A stretch of 64,000 nucleotides of DNA. Origin: Camelus ferus (Eukaryota). The position numbers and the translations under genes were made by a program. The notes below the pieces were generated by a model, which was given only the letters and a program-made list of their open reading frames with translations, made no database searches and had not been told where the DNA came from. Location: positions 98,954,001-99,018,000 of the forward strand of contig NC_045696.1 in assembly GCF_009834535.1 (NCBI RefSeq). The letters are read 5' to 3'. Within the stretch, counting starts at the first letter, position 1, and each line of letters begins with the position of its first letter. Shown one piece after another: positions 1 to 13,742 of the stretch.

Positions 1-3000
1 AGAGCAGGAAAGCAAAGAGAGATGATGACATCAGGAGAAACTTTCACTGGCAGAGGCAAAGGCAAAGGCATGAGTTTCCCGTGGACCAAATGTGGACCAT
101 GTGAGAGGACACTGGACTCAAGCCAGCCTGGAAACAACTTTCCCAAGAGAGATTCCTGGAGTGGTGATGGAGCCTCCGCAGTGATGGTCTGTGTGGAGTG
201 GACCTCCTATGTTCTGAGGACTGAAGTTGTGAGCAGGTAGCCACATGGAAACCTCACCAGATGAGATCATTGCCATCAAAGATCTTGGCAGGATATTCTC
301 CAAATAATCTATTCTCCAAAAGTCACCCTCGGGAAGAATCAGAATTAGGAATCTGGGCTGTCCTTCCTAAGAATAACATCATTGGATTAAACTGATGTCA
401 TCAAATAAGAGTTTTACTGTTTCTAATTTCATCTCCTTTTCCTCACTCCGTCTGTGGAAGGATTAGAAAACCCATCTAGCAAGGGAAATAGATACAGGAT
501 GGAGGCCTTAAGAATAAAGAACAAAGATGAAGCCAGCCATGCCCTTCCTCTCCTTGGCCCTCTGCCTAAAGCCGTACCACACTGGAAAGGGGGAGAAGCT
601 TTAATTTTATGTGAAATTGAGTAAATTTTTAACATTATCTTGGATGGGACATTTTCATAATATCCAGGAGAACTTGTTTCTACCAAAATTGACTGTGGGA
701 CTTACTATCTAAGAATATCCAGAAAAAGTTACAGCACTTGCTTGAGATTTCATCCAGGCAGTAAGTCTGGAGAAGAGGTTTGAAGGATTAGGGTAAGGGT
801 GGCAGAGAGAACAGGCAGCAGGGAAAGGAGAGAGAGAATTGCATTCTGGTTGCACTCTGTGGATTTTCCTTCTTTCAAGGTGCAAGTTATTAAAGGAAGA
901 TCCAGTTGGAAGGTCATCATTCATAAGATCTAAAATTCCAATTTCATCTCTCCTTATCTTTCTGTAAAACATGTTTGCTGATAAGCATCCTTCTTTACTA
1001 AAGTACATAAGGTGGAAAGAACAGATATTGACTCCATTGAGGTGCATTTGGGGAGGTAGGAATCACTGCCTGGAGAGCTCCAGGCTCTCGATGTTCACGC
1101 TCCTGAACAGGAAAATACGATTATATCAGAATGACCTAAATTGTCAAGTGGAGACTGTGCTCGTGATCGTTTGAAATAACCGAACACAACTTTGTGTTTA
1201 CTTTTTCACACCGAAGCAAGAAATCTGAAAGTTCATGTTCCCTTTCTGTACTGTTGCATGATTTCAGTGATATTTATTTTACCCTCCTTCAGGCCTCCAG
1301 TGCCTTCCTATCCCTGATCCAGAGAAACTAGAAGGGAACTAGTAAAGCTTTGTAACTCTTTCAATTAGCAAAACAAAGCATTTAAGCCCTTTATCTCTAC
1401 TACTGAAACTGTGAACTCTGGCCTTTAAAAAACATTTTTTTTTTTTCCTGGAAAACAATTGAGAAGGGAGAAATCACTTGGGGAGGGTTCAGTGGAACCC
1501 TCTTATTGCCCCTAAAACTTAAAAAATGCCTAACGTTGGCCCTGAAAGAAAAACTATTTTTGACATTTTATAGTGCATAAAAAGTCTAGGTTAGGGAAAC
1601 AGAAATTCAAACCATCGTATTTCTCACATATGTCTGATTAGTTTGCTAGTATTAATTTCATTTTCTTGTGGTCCTAGGATCATGTTTCATATTTTCTTAC
1701 TACAGTTCTTGGAGCTTCCTTTGTTCCACAAATCTTTATGGAATAAATGTTATGTTACAAGCACTATTTTGGACATTGGTATGCATAGGTAATGGGCTCT
1801 GGCACTAAAGACACTATGAATAATTAAAAAGCACCTATTTTTAGGTTTTGTCTCCCAGTCTAGTGTAGAACTCTCTGCTACCAAGACTCTCCAGTGGGTT
1901 CAGCCTGATTTTAGGTCAGCTTTGAACCTCAAGGTCCTTTACCGGTAACTTCATTCAAGGACGAATCCCAGGTGAGTCAAAGAACTTAAGGCTGGATTGC
2001 AGTCGACTGTCCAGGAAAGAATGCACACGGGCTTCCCTGGCTTTCGAAGATCCTGTTAAATAACACCATTTTGTCATATTCCAACCTTGAATAAAAGACC
2101 AAATTCAGATCTGGATTGTTACAAGCTTGGCCTCAGAGAGTTATAGGTGAAGAATTAAGGCTGGCGTTGCAACAGAAAGAATCTTGTCTTGATAAATTCT
2201 CTTTTCTGTACCCCCAAACCCTTTAGGTTATATATATGGCACCAGGGGAGTAATTACAATGTGTCCAATGTCAGCCTTGAATAAACTTTTTTCTCCTATG
2301 CAAGAACTAGTTTTTATATGTTCCATAAAATACCTCATGTTAATGCTCATATTTAAGTGAGCATTTAAGAAGTGTTTAACGATGAAACAATGGCAAGTAA
2401 GGATCTAAACCCTGGTTTCCTGTGGCTATTGCAATCTGAATGGAACTCTGCTATGACAAAGGAGGGGGAAAATCACTTTGATTACTGCAATATTATAGCC
2501 TGTTATCCCATCTGTCCTGTTTATTAGAGAGTCTCACACTCTATTTTCCTTAGAAAACACCTGGAACACTTTCTAGTTTTGAGAATAAAACGTCATCTTA
2601 TAAAAGCTCCTAAGTATCTATTATTCTCTCATTAAACCTTACTAATATGATGAGATTTGCAAAGAATGATGGAATGTTGTATCATGAATTACAGGACCAT
2701 TAGAATTGGCTAGGGGTTATATAATGGGACTCTGAGAGCATATAGGAAATTAAAATTTTCTTTAATTTCCACAATACATGTGTAAGAAGAGCCTCCTAAA
2801 AGTCTTGTTGGCCAAATGGCCACCACCCAGCAGTAATACACAAAGAATATCCAATTCAAAGTGCCACATGGTCATTTTTGTTTTACAGAAAAAATATTTC
2901 CATTTTCAACTTGACACAAATAACTTAGACTCATGAACTGTTAGATGGGGGGAGAATATTAGAGATTCTCCAGTCCAGGTCTGGGACCTGGCATTTACAG

Positions 3001-4334
3001 TTTATTTAGCTCAACAACGACATTGCCATAATTAGATATTAAATTCTGATCTTAGATGCAGAGGTTAATATCCATATTTTTAAAGGCCAACACCAGCCAA
3101 ATGATGAAATTTTTTTAAAAAAGGCCCTAGAACAGATAAAACAAAAGAAAAAGGAAGAGACTAAGAAAGTAACTCAGAAAAAAATAAAATTGTCAAAGAT
3201 ATGGTTCCAAAGTCAAAGAGAACTCCCACCTCCCCTCCAACCCCCTTTTAAGAAGATTTCACTTTATCTAAAGAGTAAAGCAAATGCTTTTAGATCCAAG
3301 GGTACCTGGTTCAAATCTCAGCAGGGGCATATTTCTCACAAACTAAAAAGGCACTCTCCCTATTAAAGGGACTGACTTAATACGGTTATATGGACCATTA
3401 CTGCACAGAATGGGGATTCACAAACTATTTTCTAAATGGGGCCTTTTTGTTCATGTACAGTAATTCTTATAGAAGCCTTTCACAAATGAAAAAAAAGGGG
3501 GGGGACTTGGGGGAGAAATCTAAGAACCCATGATTTGAGCCTTTAATAACTGGTGTATTTGAGACAGCCATCTGTAGTAATATAGCAGATCAGGTCTTCC
3601 TGGCAATGGTCTGAAAAAGCATTCTAAGGATAAAAGCTTAATATTTGCACAGACCTCAGATGCCTAGAAAAGATGAACAAAATACATCCTGAAGTTTGGT
3701 CTCAATATTAGACCTCAAAATGCACGGTCTTCACGGAACTTCATTTAAACAGGAAGCAGCACTCAAACAGTTCACCATAAAGACACTATTTTCCCTGAGA
3801 TTTCCACAAGAAGACTTTGTTGAGTACATTTTTATATGACACTACATGTTGATGGCTGAAAGTCTTCCTTAACAGTGAGACCATGAAAGGCATGTGGTAA
3901 ACATTCTATGTAATCCACCTTATAAAAGAACTGTGAGGAAACTGTTAGAAGCCTACTTCTACCATAAATTTACATTTGGAGAGCTACACTTGATCTAGGT
4001 TCAACATTTTGTGGTAACTTATACCACTCTCTCTGGGAACATCATCAAGGATAGAATAATACTGAACTTTGAAAATAACTTTTTCTTCACCAGTTTCATT
4101 AGACCTAATTCTCTGGGACCTATTGGAGTTGAAATGATTGCAAACATGGGTCTAGATTCCAAAATGTGGGTGACTCTTACTTATAAACAGTCCTTTAAAA
4201 AGTGAAAATTTTTCTTACAGAATACGTCTGAATACTGGGTCAATATTTCAGGTCATAGATTTTAGAGAAGGTAATTTGAGTCCTACAATTCATCCCTATT
4301 ATAACCCAAATTTTATGGATATCTTATCTGTAAC

Positions 4335-4640
4335 ATATTAGTTTCAAGCGACAAAAAGTGAATTCAAAAGCTCAAACTGATGTAAAGAAAAGATGCAGAT
4401 GGAATTTTTGTTGGTTTGCATGATTCAAAATAAGAACTAAGAGCAAAACTGGATCCAGAAGTTCAAACAATAATGTCAGAACTCAGCCCTCTTCTCTCTG
4501 TCTTGCAGGTCTTCCTCTTTTTAGGTCGGTTCCTCCGTCAGACAGGCACCTGCCTCAGCCTCACAAGAAGGCTGCCAGATCCTCTAGGATTGCACACGTC
4601 CTTGCCAACCTATGTCCTGTGAAAACAGCTACACTATTCA
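4335..4640 (-). mobile_element. Degraded MLT1 (J/K-like) LTR
   Basis: ...CAAGCGACAAAAA...CTCAAACTG...CTGGATCCAGAAGTTCAAAC... resembles MLT1. Confidence 0.55.
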
Positions 4641-6049
4641 ACATTTCAAATCAAGATCCTGTCTCAAGAACTTGGGAGAGCCCCAATTACTGCTTGACTG
4701 AACTCGCCTAGATTTAAATGATGAAATATACAGGGCTTCCCTTTGATTTTCATCAGTGGAGACAACAAAAAAACATACTTATGGGTGTCCTCTGAGTTTG
4801 ACCAAAGGAGTGACAAAGGACATTCTTTTGGTTTAAAATGTCATCTGCATAATAACTGACTCAATAAATGCTTACCTGAAATATACCCAGAAATACATGT
4901 GTGCACACACACACGCACACACAGACATACCAAAATTGTACAATTTGGGAAAATTATGACTGAGAAATAATGTAGGGTCAGAATCTGGAAACAATTTTTA
5001 ACTAAAGATAAAGCTGCTGAGTTCTGCTGAAACTGTAATCTTGATAACATAGGAAAAAGATAAAGTCCATTCAATCCTCAGTAGAAATTGAATAAATGAA
5101 TGAATGAAGTCATTGGATAGAATAAAACAAGGTGAGAAGTGTGTCATGGAAGCTGACAGAAGAAACTGCTTCAGTGAAGGCAACGAAATAAAACTAGCTA
5201 ATACTCTGGGCATATCAGAAATGAAAGTCAGTTTCAGAAGCTAAAAAAAAGCCATAAGAAAAAAATAGATATTAAAGAAAATTCTGTGCTGATTAATAAC
5301 TAGTTAATGTTTGAAATTTTTGAAATTTTGGATCCATAAAATTACTCATACACCAATTTAGCAAATGAAACAATTATTTACTGAGCATATGATATATGTC
5401 AGATACCACGATAAGTATTTGGGATATAAAGTGAAATTAGGTGTTGCTGATCAGGTACATATCTCTACTGAGATAAGCAGGGGAAGGTGGGAATCAGCAG
5501 AGCAGAAAACTCATGAATGATGGGTAGAATTGAGAAGTCAAGTCTGAAGTATACCAAGTGCTGAGTGAGGACTTAGGGGCAACTTAGGAAAAATTAACTG
5601 ATCAACTCTAAAAGAGAGGTGACCGTGTTCCTTTCACCGTAAGAAACTAATAGAGTGTGTCCGTACTTACAGCAAGAGCGGGGATGAGCCCAGCACCTAG
5701 GAGACAGATGCGGAAAGTGAGTGCCTGGACCAAGGGAGATGGAATAAGGTGCAGAAACAGGACGACATTATCAAGAAAGAATCTTAGCATGGTGGGGCAT
5801 TTTCTAGACAAATCTTAATGTTGCCCAGTGAAGCCCAAAAGTTTCTTCCAGATGGTTTGTCTTGCATGCCTGCTATTATATTTATCCTTTAATTTATGGG
5901 GTTCATTAATTATTTACTTAAATTGTTATTAATTTTTTGCAAAACTCACTCATCCAGATGAGTCATGAAGTCTGGAGAAGTGACTTCCCAGTAGCCAATG
6001 GGACAGCCATGTTTTCTAAAAAGAACTTAGCTCTCATCAAAAGAAGTTG

Positions 6050-6250
6050 GAGTTTGGGTCCCTACCCAGCAGTGCTGAAGTCAGCCAATTTAGGCGCTTG
6101 TAAGCCAATAATATTTAATTTCAGCATTCTAAATCATAGTGCAGAGCACTTTAACCAGAGCCTCACATGCCTCAACTGTATAATGGGGATAGTAGGCACT
6201 TCACAAGGTCACTGGGGAAATCAAATGGGACGGTATATGGTAAACTGTAG
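6050..6250 (+). mobile_element. MIR SINE fragment
   Basis: Core GAGCCTCA...CCTCAACTGTATAATGGGGATAGTAG. Confidence 0.6.
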
Positions 6251-9200
6251 TATAATGGACAACACTTCCAATAGTCTGTATTCCTTTTCAGTCGTTTTGG
6301 TATGATTTCCTAACTATACACTAAAAACTCCCTGTGTTTTTCTTAGTTTCAATAATTTAGATTTAAATTCCTTGTAGTAATAGACAATTTCTGGCAGTGA
6401 ACTTCTCAAGTGGTTAAAGTCACTTGACCTTTAGCCTCTGGCTTTAAAAAATCTCTTGAGATATGTTAAATGGCCCAGAAATATATTGCTTGTCATAGCT
6501 TGTTGCTTAATTAATGGCCAACAAAGATGGCCGGTATGGACTGCCCTGAAGTAATTGGGAACCGATCTTCACCTCAAGGAAATGAATTAACTTCACAACA
6601 GCAGCACTGTCATACAGCATTTACTGTATTTAAATTTCTACAACCCTTAGAAGAGACAGCGCACAAGGACTGGTTAACTGAGCATCCAAACATTGGCTGA
6701 AAGATAAAAAAAAAAAATGTTATGTTGTTGACTGCGCCAGACAGGGAATCATACATTACTAGTTTCTGAAAACTGCTCTGTGGATCAAATAAAAAGCTAC
6801 CAAGTAAGCTTTTTCTATTTTAGCTGTATTTGTGATAGAACTAGAAGTCACTGAATTCTTTTAATAAGAATTTTTAAAATGTAGTTTGAAATTGTTCCAT
6901 TTGAAAATAAATGGAACCCCGGGGAATGGCAAGGGAATGCACGTGTTGTGAAAGCTCACTGATTTGAAATGGGTGGTAGGAAGTATATTCCAAAAAAGAG
7001 GAAAAACTGGTGGTATTTTAAGTTCTTTTTCTTTCAAGAGAGAAATATGAACTGACTGGCTATTAAAATGCCAGCAAATAATTCTGGATCTTTTATAATG
7101 AATACAAAGTGTTTATGATTAGGTATGAACATTGATCCTCTCAGAGACCCTAATCTACTCATCTCCAAAGAACTAAAGTTACCAGCATTGAGAGATTCAT
7201 TACAGTATTCTCAAAATGATATTTTCAGTATGTCCACGCAGCTCTGAAATTTCCAGCTTTAAAAAACCTACTTTAAGCCACTTTGAGAGGGAGAAGTATC
7301 CAGATGAAGCCTTCCATCTGAAAGCAGCCATCCCCTCACCTGGGCTCTGGGGAAGGAGGAGAGGAGGAAAAAAGGAGAGAGAAATAATTGGCAAGTAAAG
7401 ATGTGAGCAATAAAGATCAATGAAAAGGAGCGAGGTGGAGAGAGGGCAGGGTCTGCAAGCCAGGGTGACGGAGAATTCCTCAGATACGGGAAGACTGAGT
7501 CAAATCTGCCGGAAATAAGAAGCAGTGCCTTGGCTGCTGCTCAGAAATCAAAATGCTAGACTTTTAAAATAAGATAATGTTTAAAAAATTATTCAACTAA
7601 TTCTTAACTTTACCTTTGCAAAACACTACTTTCCCCATTTCCTCCCATTGCTATCCCATTGTGACAACACCAAATCTACTCACAAGAGCAAATGGGTTAC
7701 AAGAGTGGCACGTGACCTGGGCTGTTACGGTCTTGTACCAGTTACACAGAGGCAACTTCAGGATCCATCTGTTTAGGACGCCACACACCCCTAGGGTGAG
7801 TATCTGTTTTACAGACTGGGCATCTCAACCTGACCCTTATCCAAATGGCCAAGAGTAACATCATCCAATCTGCAACTCAGTGTTTCTTCCACAACATTCA
7901 TGTGCAGTCGACACACAGAAGACAGACACCCTTGATACTAAAGGCAGCTGGATTAACACGACTGATGTGAAGCCCAGCGCTGAAGGGCAAAGGACCACTG
8001 GAAACAGTCTCCTGTGTCAGTTCTGCTTTTAGGTAACTTTGCCTTCTTGCCTAATACATGGATTTTATATTACCCTTAAGTTGCTATAACATCGAGACAC
8101 AAAATTTGGAGGATTTGAAATAAATGTAGCTAAATGGAACTTTTGGATGAAGAACCTCTGGTTTGTTCAGATCTGTTAAAGTAATAGGGAAAGGCACAAA
8201 GAATCAAGGAAAGAAAGGCCCTGATCTTTGTTGGATGAGTGATAAAACAGCATTACTTGGGGAAAATTGGCCTGACCTTCACCTGTGTGATGCTTCTGCT
8301 GCCTCAGTGATTCTTGCTTCGCTCTGATTAGGTAAAGTTTGCCCCTTTCCCTGCAAGGAAAAGTCAAAGAACCAAAAGGGGAAAAATTCTTGACTTAACT
8401 ATAAAAGGTTTATTTTTTTTAATCACAGTTGGGCTCATCCAAGACAGTTTCTAATCTTATTTTTTAGGCTTAAAAAAAAAAAAAACTTGCCTTTTAAAAG
8501 ACATTCTTTGGATCGTTTTCTTTACAACGTCTAGTCTATATCTTGACTCACATTTCTTGGATGTATTATAAAAAAGAAAGAAAGAAAGAAAGAAACTCTT
8601 CCGCACTTAAAATGATAGCTTTTCCATTTCTTTTTAGGCTCTTCTCTAAGTTCTGCTGGGAAAGGACGGCAGAGAGGAAACACACGGCCCCTCGGCTGGC
8701 TGGAACAGCAAGTCGGATGCATCACTGGGCAGAGTCCCGCCAACGTTCCAAGTCAAGCTGAAGTCATTTCCCACCCCCACTTCTCAGTGGATGCCCGCGG
8801 AAGGCAGAGCTCCGTGGAACGATGGTATTAAGTTGCAGACTCTGCCTGTTCATACAGACCAGAGCTTTTCTGTGACATTACTGTCAAATAGCCCCCTGTG
8901 TGACTAATATTTTTAACAGCATGCTATTTAAAATTTGACAAGGGTATAATAATTCATTCTTCAGATAGTCAACATACTATGAGAGTAAGTCATGTCTTCA
9001 AAGTATCTTTCAAAGGGGCTATTAAAAGTAGGTTAATTTTTTTTTCCCCCTACAGCATGCAATTTCATTTTGGCTCTTACTACTTCAGCCACATAAAATT
9101 AAATTTTGACTTGAGACGGACCTACTGAAAAGTCGATGGAAAACTAAGGGGAAAGATTTAAATTACTGATTCAAAGGGAACTAACATGTCTGTCTGCAAT

Positions 9201-9869
9201 TTAACATAGAGTTGGCTAAGCCCTCTGAGGAATCTTATGTTTCTGGTAGTCAGTGTTTTCCTCTCAGGATTCAGATTGTGTTTTTAATGGAAATGTTGTA
9301 GAACTCAATGGAATGTAATATCTTGTTGTGATAGATAGACTTTAAGGCAACACAGGACAGAATTATGCACGCACATTTTCTGCCACAATTCTCCTCTGTA
9401 CTTCTGGCTGGCCTTCATCTAACCTCTGATCCAACCACCCAGACCAACTAGACATTCTCTAAAATCAACCCTGTTCTTTAAACTCCTTCTTATACAGTTG
9501 TTACCTGCTAGTCTCTCTCCTTTGAAAAATTTTCCCCCAACAATCAAAATTCATTCTAAATCATTATTAAAAATATAATGATTTTGAAGAATCCAATTTC
9601 AAAAAGATATAAGGCACTAGAAATTAATGTGATTATCCTAAGAAGAGTCAAATGTGAGTGCTTAGAGAAAGAAGGCTTGGAGACAGTGACTGCAGGCTGA
9701 TAATACAGCATATTCCACTGAGGCCTACGGGCATCTCAGAAGTATTGTGTGATTTCCCAAGCAGATTTTTGATATCTTCTATTTTGAGTCATTTTAATTA
9801 CTAAATTTATTTTCTTTAAAATCTTGTGTATATGTGCGTGTGTATACACAAAAAAAGTTTATATATATA

Positions 9870-10069
9870 CACCTGAACCCTTGAACAATGTTGGGATTAG
9901 GGGTCAGACTCTCAACAAGTCGAAAATCTCTTTAACTTTACAGTGGGCCCTGCATCTACAGACTCAGTCAGCCATGAATTGTGTCGTACAGCAGCACATA
10001 TATAGTGAGACAAAATCTAGCATAAGTGGACGCACTCAGTCCAAACCCGTGTTATTCGAGGGTCACCTA
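9870..10069. mobile_element. MER8/Tigger2-type MITE
   Basis: Inverted termini ...ACCCTTGAACAA / GTGTTATTCGAGGGTCA in TA-rich flanks. Confidence 0.8.
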
Positions 10070-10089
10070 TATACGAAAGTGTACATACA

Positions 10090-10480
10090 TGTGTATCAGC
10101 CAGCATAGTCTAGGCTGTGCGATGGTAACAAACAACACTAAAATCCCAATGGTCTGACACAACAAAAATTAAATTTTTGACCAGGCAAGTCCACTGCAGC
10201 CTCCTCGGTCACTTTCTACAGCACCTGCATTCCACAGGGTTACTTGGCATAACAGTGTGCTTTGATCTTGTGACACATATTTGCATGATCATCTCTGCAG
10301 AAGAGCAGGAAGGAGTTCAAGTAATCAAAGGCTTCACCTAGCCCCTGCTTATGTTTCATTGGCCAAACCATGTCACATGGCTAAAACCCACCATCAAGGG
10401 GGCGGAGAAGTACCGTTCTCCCACGTGTCTCACAGAAGATGAAGACCAGGGATTGGTGAACAGGAGGAGTGCCTACCACA
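10090..10480 (-). mobile_element. MLT1 (ERVL-MaLR) solo LTR
   Basis: CTAGGCTGTGCGATGGTAACAAACAAC...CATTGGCCAAACCATGTCACATGGC...CTACCACA. Confidence 0.8.
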
Positions 10481-12231
10481 AATGCAGGAAGTGTTCACAG
10501 TCAAATGCCTTGCTCTTCTCTTATCTCCAAATTACTCTCATCTTCACTCTGTGGCATATAGTTATGGCCGAGAGCAAAGTGTATTAAAAAGCCAACACTA
10601 TGGTATTCACAATAGTGTTCATGCACAGATACTCTTTTATTTTAGCATTACGTAAATAACGAAGGAACATCATCCTTCAAGGTCTCAAATGTCTGGGGCA
10701 TCTCTATGCATATATACCTGTTGAACGTAACTTTCCACAAAGCAGGGAAAGTATTGGAAAAAGTGGACCATGTAACAAGAATATGTTACAAAATCACTCA
10801 CAATAAGAATAACCTGAGTAGAATACCAGATAAAATGCTTTAAAAACAGGTTAACGTTTTTCTTCTCTGTTCTTTTATCATAGAAATGTGTAGCCTTTAC
10901 TTGCCAATTTTAAATGCTTGGCAATTCTTCCAAGGATTTGCTCCAGCCACACATTTAATGACAAATGTATCGGCATCATCTGAGATGGGAATTGAGATGC
11001 TCAAAACTGCAGTCAGTATCTCCTATTGCTTTATACTCCATCAAAGATGATGCAAGCTGACTTCAAAGGGAGCTGAGGACTTGCATCAACTCTGCAGGGG
11101 TGTTGAGTAAAATGAGGAATGAGAAAAAAAAAAAAAGGAACACCATTATGTTTTGAATTTCAAGTCCTAAATCATTATTTCCTAGCTGTGCATGAGGTTA
11201 CGTAGACAGAAAGTAAAATGACAACTGGTCGTGTCATTGAGATGATGATATAGGAGGATCGGGAAGCTTAAGAAGAGGAATTTTTTTTAAGTCACATTAA
11301 AAAAATCTCTCTCCCCTGGTGTTCAGATATTCCTAGGACATTTATCAGTGATGGAGTGACACTCTGGTACCCCCATAATGCCCAGGTGCCTGCTGGGGTT
11401 TGACCTGTTTCAGAACTCTCTTCTCAAGAGAAATAATGTGGTACCCCTGAAGATAATTAAATGTGAGGTATCCAAATAGTCACTTGTATCTGCTGTTGGG
11501 CCTCTATTTCTAAACAGAAATGTGTATGGCTATTTGTCAGTAATGGAGAACTCACTTGTTATTAACATTAGAAAGCCAAAAGTATGCAATTTTATTTTAA
11601 AAACATATTTATTTTGCCTTGCCAATGTGTGTACAAAATATTGTTTCTCACTTGGTGCCGTATTCATAGTGTGGACTTAATGGCTTGAAAGAAATTCAGA
11701 CAGCCCATTCATTTAAAAAAATTCTTTTGAAGTGCCTAAGTATTTAGTTACAGTCAATTTCTAAAGTAATATCCACGTTGAAATGTGTGTGTGTATTTAT
11801 GTATGCGTGTATTTAGTGACAAAAGACAAAATAATTTATAGGACTAATTCTGGATACATATTTAAACAAGACAGAATTCATATTTACCGGAAAAGCAAGA
11901 ATGCTTCTGGATTTCGTTAAGTATCTCAGTATAGTAATATGTGATTTATAATGTTCCTGGAAGTGATTTTTACAGCATTACTTTTGAAAAATAAATGAGG
12001 AACTTCTCAGCCAAGGCTGTACCTAAATTATGGTATTATGATGTAGCATGAAGCCCTGGAGAGGCACAAACGGCAAAAACGAAACTGGAACTCGTGCTTC
12101 TCATGGTGTCATCCATGAGAGAGAAGCAGTCTTTACCATTAGAACTGGGCCACTCTTTTCAACCAAACTTTTGTATTAGGTGAAATACAAAATTCATTGA
12201 TGATAGCCTTTTATGCATTCTACAGTTATAA

Positions 12232-12255
12232 ACACACACACACACACACACACAC
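12232..12255. repeat. (AC)12 microsatellite
   Basis: Read directly. Confidence 0.95.
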
Positions 12256-13609
12256 CCACCCCATATAGAATCAGGTGATCATTTCAATGAGGCAGGATAA
12301 GAAGCCCTGGTAGGAATTCTTAGACTCATTATCAATTATTAACAATAATGATAATATCAATTATTATACCACTGTTATGAATCCATTTTTCTAGAGCCAC
12401 TCCTGACATCATGCCACTGAAGCAGTCAGTGTTTTCTTCATTGATGTTACTAAAATCTCCCTTTTCACCACAGTTACTGACCTGTGTCTTTTGTTTCTTA
12501 CATACATTTACTGTTACATATACGACAGTCTTTAGATCAGTGGTTTCCAAAATTGGGTACATGCAACTTAGCACCCATGCAAGTCAATTCTTTTAGTTAA
12601 AAAATACATAGAATCAGAAATTCTACTTCATCATTTTTAGTTTTGTTTATACTTAGAAAGTATATAGCATATTATATATAAAAATTTATGTATTTTAATT
12701 TTTTAAAAATAGCTACATTGGGAGTATGCACTCAAACACTTAGAATGAAAAGGTTGTACAAATAAAAAAGTTTAGATGGCTAGTCCAGATAACATTAAGC
12801 AAAGCTTAATGATAGGTTTATTATACTCTAAACGACCAAACACTAGTTGTATTTTCACATTAATATAGAATGTACTTAGATTGGCAATGGAAAAATTATT
12901 GGCCTCAAATATTAATATTTTTGTCAGAGACTCAGCATGACACCACTTAGGAACTATTCTAATGGACAGGACCCACACTTTTCAGATACACTAGCTTTTG
13001 TTTGATACAGTATTTTATTTCCTAATGTAAAGTGCCTGATCTATATTAGATTCAAATTTTAATATGAGAAATTGGTTTTACATGTAAAACTGTTAACCAA
13101 TCATTCGAAAGTCAAACTCTTCTCAGTGTCACTAACAACTTTCTGACTGACGACCTTCTGCCCCTGGTATCTACATACGATGGTGAGCGTAGAGTAACTG
13201 TGTCAGTGAAAAGGGGCTTCCCTAGTCCAGAAACGTCGGCCTTTGCTACGTGCCACTTAACATTTCATCTCTGCACCTGCGAGATTTCACGTAGCGTTAC
13301 TCCAGCTTCATATATCAATTTTGACGGTAACAGAATGCTAAGAAATATTTTTAAATTAACATGCTATCCAGCTAGGTTTGTGGGTAAAAGGTGATTTCTT
13401 GTGCACCTTCAAAGAGACTAGAAGATACAATTACTGAAATGCTTTGCTGTTGTAGGAATGGCATTGTTTGTTTCTCCTTTTAAAAAAAATCAACAACCTT
13501 AATACAATTCATAAACCTTTTTATCCTAATACTTACAATGATTAAATTTTAAGAATTCCTGTATCATCAGAAGAGCCTCCTCATTCCCAAAGTACAACAG
13601 TGGCTTTAT

Positions 13610-13742
13610 CCTCCTCCTCCCACTACCCTTCCCCTACCCTCTCCTCCTTCCTCTCCTCTCCCCTCCCTTCATTCCTCCCCCCATCCCCCTCTCCTCATCC
13701 TCTTCTCCCCTCCCCTCCCCTTCTCCATCCTTCTTCTCTTCC
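13610..13742. repeat. Low-complexity C/T-rich tract
   Basis: ~130 bp almost purely pyrimidine with many CCC runs. Confidence 0.9.

Noticed and set aside
1915..1977. Strong donor CAG|GTGAGT with possible upstream acceptor
   Set aside because: Isolated splice-like motifs (also ~7795, ~41360, ~47876) do not chain into a coherent gene model.
6894..6917. 9-bp stem hairpin GTTCCATTT-GAAAAT-AAATGGAAC
   Set aside because: Short AT-rich inverted repeat expected by chance; no supporting context.
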